Shown here: positions 43,700 to 58,119 of the stretch, piece by piece
How the letters are laid out: the number at the start of each line of letters is the position of its first letter
How positions within the stretch are numbered: position 1 is the first letter of the stretch
Assembly (NCBI GenBank): GCA_951406725.2
Contig: OX597836.1
Location: 14,322,001 to 14,386,000 of the forward strand
Source: Octopus vulgaris
Lineage: Eukaryota
Length of the DNA: 64,000 nucleotides
Direction of reading: 5' to 3'
Position numbers and translations under genes: made by a program
Notes under the pieces: model-generated
Database searches by the model: none
What the model was told of the DNA's origin: nothing
What the model saw: only the letters and a program-made list of their open reading frames with translations

Positions 43700-44464
43700 A
43701 TTCTTTATGATCCCACCAAACACAAAGCATAGCGTTTTGGAATGGATATTCGTATTTGGTTACTGTTTTGGGGGCTCCTTACGCAAAATTCCAGGATCTT
43801 TTTCGCTCTACGTTTACGTACACAAACCATTTTTCATCTCCAGTCACAAGTTGTTTCAAAAACAAAAAAGGCATGCTTTCATTCCGTTTGATAAGCTTAT
43901 CGCAAACGGAATACCGGTCCAAGCAATTCTTTTCTGTGAGTTTCTGAAGGGCCTATCCATTAGCTTCACTAGGTGTTCATGAGCTGTACTTTTAGAAACT
44001 TCCAGCCCCTCTGCAAGTTTTCTAGTCGTGATATTAGAGTTTTCTTCGATTTTTCTCTTCAAAACCATCATCCAATTTTGAAACTTTTCCACTCGACTGT
44101 CATCTTCCAAGCTAAACTCACCAGCTTTAAATTTTGCAAACCACCTTCGAACAGTTGATTCACCTATAGCATCATCACCATAAACTTCACAAATGTTTTT
44201 GCAAGTCCTTGCAGCATTTTCTGTTTTTTTTTTTTTAAATAGAAAAGCATTACAACGCGATTATGAGATTCTTGGTTATCCATTTCAAATGTCAATAAAG
44301 GGTAACCGGAATGAAAGATAAATCTATTTTTAGTCAGAATCAAAGAAGAGATGCTCTACCACTTCAAGCAACGTCAAAGTTTTACCAGTCTTACGTTTCA
44401 GGTGTGTTCAAGGAAGCGTTAAAAGATTTAGCTTAAAAACGGTCAGAACTTTCCGGACAACCTA

Positions 44465-44467
<3 letters not shown>
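43700..44467 (-). mobile_element. Decayed mariner transposon (5' TIR and N-terminal half of the transposase)
   Basis: TIR tattaggttgtccggaaagttc; IEENSNITTRKLAEGLEVSKSTAHEHL (HTH); FLKQLVTGDEKWFVYVNVERKRSW; MLCVWWD; contains stops and frameshifts. Confidence 0.85.
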
Positions 44468-44520
<53 letters not shown>

Positions 44521-44545
44521 ATGTATACGCATTTATGTACATGCA

Positions 44546-44922
44546 TCTCTATATATATAAAGCTGAAGTTGTCTGTGCATGGCAGGTTTGGTAGCCTTCA
44601 ACTAACACTATCTCCTCCGAGACCCTACGGCGCAAGTTGACCAAAATTGAGAGTATGATAGAAGAAGGCTTGCTCTTCCTTCCGTAGAAGATAAAATTCA
44701 AATCGGACCATGTTAACACCAAAAATTATTTACATCAAAATGGTGCTTTTTTTCTATGAAAATCCCTATTTTTGAAACTATTTTTTGACTGCTGTGTATT
44801 TCAACCAGAAAAATGTTCACTTGAAGAGAATAACAAGCTACATAATGCAAAATTTTTACTTTTCAAAAATTCCAATTCCAGCGGGTCGAAACAAACCCGA
44901 GCAACGCCGGGCGATACTGCTA

Positions 44923-44923
<1 letters not shown>
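44546..44923 (+). mobile_element. Non-autonomous Helitron-like element
   Basis: a|TCtctatatatataaagctg ... cccgagcaacgccgggcgatactgCTAG|t. Confidence 0.75.
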
Positions 44924-44987
<64 letters not shown>

Positions 44988-44995
44988 AGTATTTA

Positions 44996-45045
<50 letters not shown>

Positions 45046-45056
45046 AGTATTTATGT

Positions 45057-45115
<59 letters not shown>

Positions 45116-46806
45116 AGTATTTATGTACATATATATATATGATATATATGCATCACACACATACACACACGCATAATGCACGCATCTCAACGAGGTTCAT
45201 ATGGGTTCTTCCTTTCATTCTGTTTGTTTAGCTTTTTCTTTTCCATTTTTTTTTCTGACAAAACCAATGAAAAGTATATCTTTTAGCAAATGAAACCATT
45301 TTCTTCCTAAACCAGAGTTGCGGTCGATAACAACGAGAACGGACAACGACAGGAAGAAGACCAAAAGCAACAACAACAACATCAGCAACGATCGCGAAAC
45401 TAATCGTTTTGATGAAAAGGAATAGCCACTTAACTGTGTTGGCAAATTAATAAACATTCGCTCATTCTCTCTCGTTTTATTTCTTCTTTGTCTTTCTCGT
45501 ACGCAGAGATGTTAACATTGTATTTGTTTTCTTTTAAGCAGAGCCACACCCGGAGATAAATTCTTAGTTTCGTACATTTGTTGACACAAGAGCACAAAAG
45601 TGACCAGGCGTGCGTACATAGATAGATAGATAGCTACATACATACATACATACATACATACATACATACATACATACATACATACATACATACATACATA
45701 CATACATACATACATACATACATACATACATACATACGTACATAGGTACGTATGTAAATACATACATGCATACAAGCATACATGCGAGCATATATATATA
45801 CATGCGTTTGACATACGCTCTTAGCAATCTGTGTATATATATTCAGAGAAGTATGCATGAATGTACGCACGTATATAAATACGCATGCATACAAGTATGT
45901 GTGAATATGTATGCATGTTAGTTTATATATATATGTGTGTATATATATATGTGTTTATATATATATATGTATATACATACACAAACATACATACATACAT
46001 ACATACATACATACATACATGCATGCATGCATACATACATACATACATACATACATACATACATACATGCATGCATGCATGCATACATACATACATACAT
46101 ACATACATACATGCATACATACATACATACATGCATACATACATACATACATACATACATACATACATACATACATACATACATACATACTTATATACGC
46201 ATACACACAAGGAAACACGTAGCCTGAAAGCTGTTCCTGTCAGCTGATGTCGTGTAAATACTATTCTTAATCTACACAAGTATATATATATATATATATA
46301 TATGCATAAAATAATTTACACAATTTACACAATTTACTGTAAAACACGATTTTCTTTCATCTTTCCTATTGGATTTTTTTTTCCTTCTTGCTCGTTTTGT
46401 TCCATTCGTTCATTTTTATCATGCTTTTTTGTACTGTTGTCTTCCATTTGTATTTGGCAGACGATCCGATCGATGTCAGTTTACGACTGCAAACTAATGT
46501 AAGCATAGCTGAAACACATCTGACTTCGATTACATAACTTCGATAAACACACGTTGAGGCCGTCAATCGTGAAGAACACTTATATAAATACAAACACACA
46601 GGATTAATACAGATAGGTAGGTAGACAGATAAAATGTACACTAAAGCACACACAGAGATTTAGATACATGAACAAAGGAACACAGATTTTATACTGTAAA
46701 ATAGAGTAAAATACGTTCGCGGGCGCACGTATGTTAGCACATACGTTCATAACGATATATGTTACTTGAAGGAAGCACATACAAGCATATATACATATAA
46801 ACACAG

Positions 46807-46838
<32 letters not shown>

Positions 46839-46941
46839 CTGCACATACATAATCTTATCTTCTATAGGCATAAGGCCTGAAATTTGGCATTTTGTCCGGC
46901 TGCTAAATATTCTACCACCTTGTTGCTATGTATATATATAT

Positions 46942-47353
46942 ACTCTCTTTTACTTGTTTCAGTCATTTGACTGCGGCCATGCTAGAGCACCGCCTTTAGT
47001 CAAGCAAATCGATCCCAGGACTTATTCTTTATAAGCCTAGTACTTAATCTATCGGCCTCTTTTGCCGAACCGCTAAGTTACGAGGACCTAAAGACACCAC
47101 CATCGGTTGTCAAGGGATGCTGGGGGGGGGGGAGGCAAACACAGACAAACGAACATATACTCACACATACACAGATACATATAGATATATACGACAAGCT
47201 TCTTTCAGTTTCCATCTATCAAATCCATTCACAAGGCTCTGGTCGGCCCGAGGCTATAGTAGAAGATACTTGCCCAAGGTGTCACGCAGTGGGACTGAAC
47301 CCGGAACCACGCGGATGGTAAGCAAGCTACTTACCACACTGCCACTCCTGTGC
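46942..47353 (-). mobile_element. SINE family A, full length
   Basis: Matches the family consensus. Confidence 0.9.
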
Positions 47354-47797
47354 ATATATACATATCTACGTATATATGTACATACATACATACATACATA
47401 CATACATACATACATACATACATACATACATACATACATGCATGCATGCATGCATACATACATACATACATACACACACAAACACACATACATACATACA
47501 TACATACATGCATACATACATACATTGCAATACAAGCTTGTATGTATATACAGAATTGGCTAAAATGATCTTCAAGAGCAGCCTGTTTACAATTAAAAAC
47601 GAGCACAAATTTCGCTTATAGTTCATAATTTAATTCTACCTTACAGTTGTTTCGATGCAGCAAAAGAAATATCATAATTTATACAATTACGTAAAGAATA
47701 ATTAAATATTAAAGAAATTATATATATTTACATGTACATGTGTTTATATGTGTATGTGTGTATGTGTATGTGTGTATGTGTATGTGTGGGTGTACAG

Positions 47798-47851
<54 letters not shown>

Positions 47852-48234
47852 CTAGCAGTATCGCCCGGCGTTGCTCAGGTTTGTAAGGGAAATAACTATA
47901 AAGCATTTTTAGAGAGTTATAGCCCAAAAATAGCAAAAAAATGGAAAAAAATGATGGTAAATTTTTTTTTTAGTTAAAAAAGGTGGAGTTGCGTCCCCTA
48001 GACAGTTTGCGGTTTGTGTTTCTGATTCTCGACCCCATGTCGAATTTATCGATTTTTTTCAGAACTGGGGGAACTTTTCAAAATTTTCGCTGCGTTAGTT
48101 TTGAATTATGACATTGGGCTATGTGTGTGTCAAGTTTCATCAGAATCGGTTGAAAGCCGTGGTCAGGGTGAGGGTACAAGCAAACAGACACACAGAAACA
48201 CGCACAGACAAACTGCCGTTTATATAGAGAGAGA
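47852..48234 (-). mobile_element. Non-autonomous Helitron-like element
   Basis: Same 3' hairpin plus CTAG end, on the minus strand; 5' TC start. Confidence 0.75.
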
Positions 48235-48457
48235 TATATATATACATACACATAAACACAAACATTATGGGTGTATTCTCATGTATATTCTCTATATATA
48301 TACACACGTACATATATACACATACATACTTATTTGTCACGTGACTTGACATGGCATCTTCAATGGAATGAACAATGCATCTTGGCAATGTGTGGACGTC
48401 TATAGTTCTTTTAAATTATCTACAAACATACATACATACATACATATATGTATACAC

Positions 48458-48506
<49 letters not shown>

Positions 48507-48812
48507 TACACAGACACTCACATATATATATGTGCGTGTATGTATATTTGTATATATGTATAAGCAAACAGGTATAGTTGTTTGAGTGTGTTTTAGGTTT
48601 GTGTGTGCGTGTATGTGCAAAATGCGTATAAAAGAAAATAAGGCGACGCCCTGTACCAATATATCTTCTTCGATTATCTTCGAACCTACCGTCACCACAC
48701 ATTTAATCTGTTGCTTGGTTTGTCTCATGGATAAACCTAGATCAATGGCGAACGAATTATCGATGGAATGACTCTATGTATATATATGTACATACATACA
48801 ATCAATGTCATC

Positions 48813-48865
<53 letters not shown>

Positions 48866-48923
48866 TATTATTATTGTTATTATTATTATTATTATTATCA
48901 TTATCAATCTTCTTCTTCTTCTT

Positions 48924-48985
<62 letters not shown>

Positions 48986-48999
48986 CATTATTACTATTA

Positions 49000-49530
49000 T
49001 TTTCCTTCTTTCTTCAATTTTTCTTCCATTTCTCGCCGGGTGTTTTCCGTACACCTAGGGCAGAGAAGCTCATTGTATGCATTCCCAGATTACATACTCA
49101 AATTCACGATATGGTGGTCTCATATCAAGATGAACAGCGCATGACCTTGCAGGTGGGGCTCAGAATTTTCTTCAGGTTGAATAACCCATCCCACTCATAA
49201 GGTCCTTGAATAATGGTTGTTTAAGGATGTTGAACGAAACACCCATGTTTCCAAAGGTGAATTATTCAAACCCCAAAGAATCCCTCTCAACACATGGCTA
49301 TGATGCTCCCTTAATACTTCTGCTTGTGATCAGAGATGCCTATATCGTCAGCCACTAAGAGACATGTTCAACTGGTTAAGGTCAAACAACTGACAAGCAA
49401 ATCTGTGATATTGAGCAGAATATTTGCTGTAGCCCATCTTTTAAACCAAGACAAAACATGTGTATGATAACACTTCCAAATCAGTTAAGATCAGAAGCCA
49501 TGAGAGCCACTGCCTGGTACTGCACTAAAG
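49000..49530 (-). mobile_element. (TAA)n-associated retroelement-derived repeat
   Basis: 49100-49337 is the reverse complement of about 60224-60455, and 49005-49082 mirrors about 59330-59408. All copies abut (TAA)n arrays. Confidence 0.7.
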
Positions 49531-49552
49531 CAATTATTACATTATTATTATA

Positions 49553-49641
<89 letters not shown>

Positions 49642-49718
49642 CATCATAATCATCATCATCATTATTATTATTATTATTATCATTATTATTATTATTACAA
49701 TTATTATCATTATTATTA

Positions 49719-49758
<40 letters not shown>

Positions 49759-49823
49759 CATCATCATCATCATCATTATTATTATTATTATTATCATTAT
49801 TATTATTATTATCATTATTGTTA

Positions 49824-49893
<70 letters not shown>

Positions 49894-49971
49894 TATTATT
49901 ATTATTATTACCATCGTCATTATTATTGTTATTATTATTATTATTATTATCATCATCATGATTATTTTTAC

Positions 49972-50043
<72 letters not shown>

Positions 50044-50439
50044 ATATGGTTGTATACACCCTGTATTGCTCTTCAAATATTTATCATAACAAAAGCTCCA
50101 AGAAAGATCATATATATAATGAATTTCCTGTTTTTCTTTTTATAATCATAGTTTATTTTAATCCATGTCAAAATTTAAGTGAAAGCGTACGACGGAGCAT
50201 GTAACACCTCTATTCTACTTATGACAACAGTTTAGTTCAGACAAGTAAAATCTTTGTAAACATTTCAAATGTTAAAATATTAAAGTAAATCAATAAATTA
50301 AAGAATGGAAACGTAGGAGAATGGTAAAAGGAATGGATTATTTTACTGCGAGGAGGAAAAGGGGCAAGTCAAGTGTTAGTTGGCTCTTTCACTGAACCAA
50401 TCCCCTTCTCGAACCCCACATTTCGTTTATCTAACACCT

Positions 50440-50644
50440 TTATTGAGTCGGCCTCTTCACTGAGCTGACCTGTTGATTGAGATGATCTGTTTATTGAGCT
50501 GGCTCGTCCATGTAGCTGTCCGTTTTGTTGAGGTGGCCCCTTCATTGGCTTGGTTCCTTCAGCGCATCGGCTCCTTCATCGAGTTGGCCCTTTCATCAAA
50601 CTCGCCCCTACATCGTATGGCCCAGTCATTGAACCGGAACCTTC

Positions 50645-50645
<1 letters not shown>
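50440..50645. repeat. Degenerate 17-bp minisatellite, about 12 units
   Basis: ttattgagtcggcctct / tcactgagctgacctgt / tgattgagatgatctgt / ttattgagctggctcgt / ... / tcatcgagttggccctt / tcattgaaccggaacct. Confidence 0.75.
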
Positions 50646-50700
<55 letters not shown>

Positions 50701-50724
50701 GTCTGTCTATCTATCTATATATAT

Positions 50725-50862
<138 letters not shown>

Positions 50863-50880
50863 ATATCTATCTATATTTAT

Positions 50881-50937
<57 letters not shown>

Positions 50938-51506
50938 AGTCTCTTTGTCTGTCCGTCCATCCGTCCGTCCGTCTGTCTGTATGTCTATATAACCATCTAT
51001 CCATCTATCAATCGATAGTTCGATTTTTCTCGAGATTCGCACGAGAAAAGCCCAATCAAGAAAGGAGCTTTCAAATAGCGGCCCCTTTCCAAGCTATCCA
51101 CCACAAACACCCCGCACACAAAATCAAGAAGACCACTTAAACAAGACCACTTGGTGAATTCACTGCTAATTAACTAATTTCGAGCTTAATCACGTAACCG
51201 CAAATAATGGCTGCAGCGAAAATAGCAACAACACGAGCAAGTTAAATAAACAAAATTAGCGACAGAAAACAACAATAATAATAAGAGCATTTGCAACGAC
51301 ATTAACAACGATAGCGAGACAGAAAATGGTTGGTTTTGTTTCTATTAAGCAAATCAAAGCAAGAACAACGCTGACGACGTCGGCGACAACAACACCAACA
51401 ACAGCAACAACACAACAATGGCCGTCTAATACTTCAATATTGGTGTAACCACGTGACGCTTGTTCGGCGTGATTGGTAACATTGGATATCGATATTGATG
51501 TCAAGT

Positions 51507-51560
<54 letters not shown>

Positions 51561-51723
51561 AGAAAAAAAACGGCCATCGATGAGTTGGCAATAGCGATGG
51601 TGATGGTGTTGGCGGTGGGGCTTGCGGAGGTCACAACGGTTGAAATAGCAGTGATGGTGTTGGTGATGATGGCGTTCTTGCTGTTAGTGGTGGTTTTGCT
51701 GTTGTTGTTGTTGTTGTTGTTGT

Positions 51724-51918
51724 TGTTAAGCAACAAGACGGGTAAGGGTGATTAGGTGATGGTCTAGGGCTTAGGAGCGGGGAGACCCCAGACCTTGGAA
51801 AATAAAACTGGTCGTCTTGTTGTAGTCGAGGGCAGTTGTAGTTGACGCCCGACACCACTGGGAGGTGGCCCTCGAAATCGCTGGAAATAGAGATCTCCAG
51901 GTCCAAATTTTTGAACGG
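51724..51918 (-). repeat. ~190-bp GC-rich dispersed element, copy 2
   Basis: Reverse complement of 10227-10420. Confidence 0.85.
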
Positions 51919-52297
51919 CTGGTGGTGGTTGTGGTCGTGTTGGTGATAGACGGTGCTGATGTGGAGACCAGGCGGGGGAGGGTAATGATTGATATGCTCT
52001 GCTGTAGTGTACTGAGTAGCGTTCTATAACTATGAGGTCACTTATTGATAAATAACAGCCGTCAGTGGATTTTACCTGTACGTACAGCAGATACAGATAT
52101 CAGTAAATGCATGCAAAGTATGTACGAATGCGTGTGTGTGTAACTATGTATGTTAGTATGTATGTGTGTATGCATGTTTGTATGTAACAATGTATGTTTG
52201 TAACATTGTATGAATTGATGGATGAATAGATGGATAACTGGATAGGTGCGCATGCGTACCTTTCTAATCATATTTCCTGGATGTATAAACACGTATG

Positions 52298-52365
<68 letters not shown>

Positions 52366-52611
52366 TCAGATATATATGTATGTTTATGGTATAAGTGTAT
52401 ATATATATATAAAGTATGCATGTATATATGTGTATGTGTATCTATATATATATGTATATGTGTGTGTGTCTGTGTGTGTGTGTGTGTATACATATGTGTA
52501 TATAGGGAGAGAGAGATTGAGATTAAGAGACAGATATGCACATAATATTTAGTTCACACTTATAAACTTATGAGTGTTTATATGGATAACTATATGTACG
52601 CATGTATATAC

Positions 52612-52645
<34 letters not shown>

Positions 52646-53232
52646 TTATATGTATGTATACCTATCTGTTTATATCAACACAGTCATGTACACACTCCAC
52701 ACGCATATATACACTCTCGTACACAAAGATACATAAATAATCCCCTCATATACTTATATAATATTAACTGTGATGTTAATGTATATATACACCGGAAACC
52801 ATACTAAGTGCCACCGGAAGTGCAAGCTAAGACAAACAACATCTAGTATATGTACATAAACTTTAAACATAACGTATGAGTGTAGGCATATACACAAAGC
52901 GTTATGTAATATATATTCATGTGTGTAAAATTATATATCATTATACATCAATATATTCGCTTTCGTTTGCTATTTCGTTTGCTATAAATTAAAATTTTGT
53001 TGCCAATTGTGTATGCAAGTGAATTTGATAATACATGCATACATACATACATATTTCGCCTTTCTGAATTCTTATACCACAAATAGCATGAACATACATA
53101 CATACATACATACATGCATACATACATACACATACAGGTATACATACATACATACAAATATACAGTATGTCTGTGTATGTATGTATGTATGTATGTATGT
53201 ATGTATGTATGTATGTATGTATTTATGTGTGC

Positions 53233-53319
<87 letters not shown>

Positions 53320-53365
53320 AATCTATCTATCTATTTATCTATGTGTGTGTGTGTGTGTGTGAGTG

Positions 53366-53616
53366 TTATTAAAAAGCAGCAAAAATATCACAAAAACTGT
53401 TACTCAGAGTTTCACTTTCCATGTGCATTACAAACCGGTCAATGTAAAGACCATTAGTTGAAACAAAACCATTTTCAAGTTTGTATCCATTAAACTAATT
53501 GTATATGTTTGCTTATAACTTTATTTCTTTTCCATTCTAAACAAAACTGCCAGATGAACGGGAACGTGAAACTCTGAGTAACAGTTTTTGTGATATTTTT
53601 TACTGCTTCTTAATAA
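53366..53616. mobile_element. Small tail-out inverted element with a degenerate hammerhead in the right arm
   Basis: ttattaaaaagcagcaaaaatatcacaaaaactgttactcagagtttcac mirrored at 53566-53616. Right arm reads cagatga acgggaacgt GAAAC tctga GTA acag. Confidence 0.75.
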
Positions 53617-53683
53617 TAGCATGTACTCTCTCTCCCTCTCTCTCTTTGTATAGTCTGTCTGTCTGCCTGCCTGCTAACCTGTC

Positions 53684-53730
<47 letters not shown>

Positions 53731-53742
<12 letters not shown>

Positions 53743-54115
53743 TAAGGTTGTGTGCTGTCTGTCTCCTACGATTTAGATTCCTAACTACTCCCACATTTTG
53801 CGGTGCAGTGTAACCAAAACCGGTTATCTTATAGTCGTGATTCACATCGAGCCCTTCTGGGTATTAGCGCTCGTCTACAATGAGTCTACGATTTAAAAAA
53901 AAATTACCAGAATTTTTCCCCATTTTAATGCATTTTTTTTCGCTATTAAATAAGGGAAGTAACTCTCTAAAAATGTCTACGATGAGTCAATGATTTAAAA
54001 AAAATTTACCATCATTTTTTTTCCATTTTTAATGCATTTTTTTGCTATAACTCTCTAAAAATGCTCATATAGTTATTTCCCTTACAAACCCGAGCAACGC
54101 CGGGCGATACTGCTA

Positions 54116-54116
<1 letters not shown>
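53731..54116 (+). mobile_element. Non-autonomous Helitron-like element
   Basis: Close reverse-complement relative of 62943-63342; ends in hairpin plus CTAG; (TA)n flanks. Confidence 0.75.
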
Positions 54117-54169
<53 letters not shown>

Positions 54170-54258
54170 GGTGTCCCAGAAGTTGCGCACCACCCTGGTT
54201 TTTTAAAGGTTTGTCTGATAACTTCATAGTGAGAAAGCTGATATATTTGGTTCCTTAA

Positions 54259-54439
54259 AACCTTTAGCATTTAAACCGGCCATATCCGGCCCAAATATTG
54301 TACCCGCTTTATGTCAAAACTGGCTAGATCCGGCCTCTCACACCTACCCTACAATGTTATTCTAAAACTATGAAATCACATAATCGTAATCTTGAAGCCT
54401 TGAGATAATGTATGATGGATAATCTGAATGCTGAAGGGT
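54259..54439. mobile_element. piggyBac-like MITE
   Basis: Imperfect TIRs cctttagcattta / tgaatgctgaaggg, flanked by TTAA on both sides. Confidence 0.55.
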
Positions 54440-54660
54440 TTAACTTGAAGTATTTAAATGTTTTGATGAGACCGTTCTTTAATCTGTCCAGTTGCGGCAT
54501 GATGGTGTTGTGGAAATTTATGACTCCGTCGTTTCGGTATAGCTCGTACTTATTCGAATGGAATTTGTCATTCCGGGTTGATAAAATGAAGGGGAGAATC
54601 AATTCACAAACTTCTGCATAATCTTCAGCTCCCGTTGAAATCTTGAAGTTACTGAGGCAT
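54440..54660 (-). mobile_element. Decayed Naiad-type Penelope RT core fragment
   Basis: FKISTGAEDYAEVCELILPFIL...YELYRNDGV...MPQLDRLKNGLIKTFKYFKL resembles the MGSxDGAEVCELVG / GLYRDDGL motifs. Confidence 0.65.
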
Positions 54661-55152
54661 CTTACTTTTAATTCAGAGTTCATTGTTGAAGGCTAATACC
54701 TGTTTATCTTCCCACTAACACACACACACATACATGTGTATCTGTTTGTTTATCCTCACCTATATATATCACTGATTCTCTTGATGATTTGCGTATCAGG
54801 AATATATATTAAGCTTTTAACACTATTCATTGTATTTTTTGCTGAACACTGAAGAAAAGTTTTAGCAAGAATATATAATATAATTCGACAAGCCATTATG
54901 CAGGGCAGGCTTGCTGGTCTCTGAATATTGTGCTGAACAACTGGCTATACGGAATGTTTAATTTGGAAACTTCTGCACCCTAATAGAGGACAAAGACCAC
55001 AGAATTATATTGATGCTATTGACAGAGTCGTACAATATGAAAATTAGGATTTACCAAAACTGAGGGGTGCGATCCGGGGACAAAATTCCTGGTGCTGTAT
55101 GGTGGCAAACATCATGGTTGCAGCCGCTTGAAGAAAATGGAGAGATAATGGT

Positions 55153-55362
55153 TACTCTTTTACTCTTTTACTCTTTTACTTGTTTCGGTCATTTGACTGC
55201 GGCCATGCTGGAGCACCGCCTTTAGCCGAGCAAATCGACCCCAGGACTTATTCTTTGTAAGCCTAGTACTTATTCTATTGGTCTCTTTTGCCGAACCACT
55301 TAGTTACGGGGACGCAAACACACCAGCATCGGTTGTCAAGCGATGTTGGGGGGACAAACACA
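55153..55362 (-). mobile_element. SINE family A, 3' half
   Basis: (tactcttt)n tail and body match the family. Confidence 0.85.
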
Positions 55363-56041
55363 TTAGCATTTTACTGAATCATCTATAAGTCCATATGGCA
55401 TATATATACATTGACAGTCGGGTTTTAGCTTAACCATCCAGTGATGGAGTAGTCACTGCTGATGAGTTTGCCATTTCCAAACGGAACTATAGTATAGTGA
55501 TCCCGCTCGCTGTGGGGGCGATTATCTCCCCTGTCAGTGTACGAAAATGTGCTTCCTGCGACTCTCAGGGCTTTTTTCTAGCAACGTGGGTGCTACCGGG
55601 TATCTTCGGTCACAACTAGTGACAACAGAAGTTTTCCTTTTTGGTTTTATATTACGTATAGCCGTCTTCCCCAATCGAAAGACGCCTGTTGTTATGTCCT
55701 GTTATTATTATTATTATTGTTTTTTTTTTGGATTTTTGTATTTATGTTCGTGTAACATCGTCTGTTTTTCCGTCCTTGTTTCATATACATTCGTTGCTTC
55801 TTTTTTTCTAAGGAATCTAATGCTCTCAGCTTAGTTTTTCCTTCGGGCTGGCCAGATCGGCGCAATCTTAAGATTAATCAGCCGAAATCGTGAGGATGAT
55901 AAAAGGCTTCGAGTGACCCGTCCGTGTTTTTTTTGTATCGTCTCTCTAGATGTTTTGTTGTCCCCTTTTGTATCACCTAGTTGTCCGGATATTTTGCGTA
56001 CTTGTCCCATTTTGTATTTTATCTTATATATACATATATAA

Positions 56042-56699
56042 ATTCTATAATTATAAGCATAATTATAATTAGGTTTCAGCAAAAATTGCTTCACCAAATA
56101 CCGGAATTTAGAAATAGCAGTTAAATACTGTTCCACTACCATAAGGTATCTCCCAGGCAGTAATACTCTCAACAGTATTACTGTCTGGGAGATATCTTAT
56201 GGTAGTGGAATACTCTCAAGAGTATTACTGTCTGGGAGATATCTTATGGTAGTGGAATACTCTCAAGAGTATTACTGTCTGGGAGATATCTTATGGTAGT
56301 GGAATACTCCCAAGAGTATTACTGTCTGGGAGATATCTTATGGTAGTAGAATAGTATTTAACTGATATTCCTAAATTCCGGTATTTTTTTTTTTTTTTTT
56401 TTGTACTTGTTTCAGTCATTTGACTGCGGCCATGCTGGAGCACCGCCTTTAGAGTGGTGAAAGAGTACAGCAGGGATCACCACCATCCCCTGCCGGAGCC
56501 TCGTGGAGCTTTTAGGTGTTTTCGCTCAATGAACACACACAACGCCCGGTCTGGGAATCGAAACCGCGATCCTCCGACCGCAAGTCCGCTGCCCTAACCA
56601 CTCGGCCATTGCGCCTCCACGCAAGAGTATTACTGTCTGGGAGATATCTTATGGTAGTGCTGAACCCTAATTATAATTATGCTTATAATTATAGAATTT
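56042..56699. repeat. Foldback with four tandem 47-bp units near its apex and a nested SINE chimera
   Basis: Unit caagagtattactgtctgggagatatcttatggtagtggaatactct starts at 56170, 56217, 56264 and 56311, with a fifth partial copy at about 56622. SINE pieces at 56403-56619. Confidence 0.85.
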
Positions 56700-58119
56700 T
56701 TGTATAAGTTTACCGATAATGGTTCTTTTAACAAACCGAACTACTTGGTAAAATTAGCAATTGATTAATTAATTTTACCCTTTATTATTATTGAGTATAT
56801 ATATATATTAAAAATATCTGTCCTATCAGAAGTGACTGTCAGTATCTAAGCCTGTCGCTAGGCCTACCAGTTTGTTCGACTCGGAGAACTTTTCCTTGTG
56901 ATTTTTCCTGCTACATCGTAATATAGTTGAGATCGTAACGGTCTGAAAGACATTTACTCGTATGGCTGTTCGTTTAGAGCTATCCTGCAAATAAACAGCA
57001 ACAAGAACAAAAACAAGAAGAAAGAAACGTTTGCAATGGAATTGAATCGAAGATCTCTTGTGTCAAGAGTCCGCCATCTTATTATTATTTTTTTTTTATT
57101 GGTTTGGTCAAGAAGAAAAGGTGTTGGGCCCAAGGCCTTTGCAGATCTTTCGAGACTGATGAGATCAATCTTATATATTCAGACATATTGTTTTTTATGG
57201 CAATATTTAGAAGTTAAATTTTACAGAGAGAGGGAGAGAGAGAGGGGGAGAGGGAAAAGGGAGAGGGAGAGAGAGAGGGAGAGAGAGAGAAAGAGAGAGG
57301 GTGAGAGAGAGCGGGAGAGAGAAAGAAAGAGGGAGGGAGACAGACAGAGAGATTGAGAGACTGACATAGAGAGAGAGAAAGAGACAGACAGACCGAGAGA
57401 TAGGGAGACATACATACAGACAGAAAGAGGGAGAGAGAAACGGAGGAAGGAAGGAGGAGAGAGAGAAACGAGGGAAGGAGGGAAGAGAGAGAGAAAGAGA
57501 CAGACAGACCGAGAGATAGAGAGACAAACATGCAGACAGAAAGAGAGAGAGAGAGAAACGGAGGAAGGAAGGAGGAGAGAGAGAGAGAGAAGAGAGCGAG
57601 AGAGATAGGGAGAGAGAGAAATAGGGAGAGAAAGAGACAACGAGAGAGAGAGAGAGAGAGAGATCATAGCGTATGTGTTTATGGTAGATTGTACAAGCTA
57701 TTGATCTGACACTGATGAATAACTGGTACTACGTTTAATAATACTCCATCAGTAAATGTGAAAGGAAGAAAATTAAATAAAAAATGTTTCGAATTTTAGC
57801 ACAAGGCCTGCAATTTTAGGGCAGGGTGCGACTTGATTTCATCGATCCCAGGGTTCAACTGGTACTTATTTTATCGAACCCAAAACGATGAAAAGTAAAG
57901 TCAATCTTTGTGGGAGTTGAACTTAGAAAACAAAGAGCCGGAAGAAGTGCTGCTTTACAGTTTGTCCGGCGATCTTATGATATTGCCAGCTTGCGACCAA
58001 AAAAACTATAAAATAAAAGACAAGAGCGATTCCAGTGTGATTCGAACGTAGACAACGTGGCACTGAATTACAAACTTCGCAACACATCGAGCTTGATTTT
58101 ACTGCAGTCCTGGGTTGTC

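Noticed and set aside
52184-52213. Possible DMRT autoregulatory sites (gtaacaatgtat, gtaacattgtat)
   Set aside because: Embedded in degenerate TATG microsatellite where such matches arise by chance.
56170-56351. CRISPR-like array
   Set aside because: The repeats are directly tandem with no unique spacers, no cas genes are present, and the context is eukaryotic.
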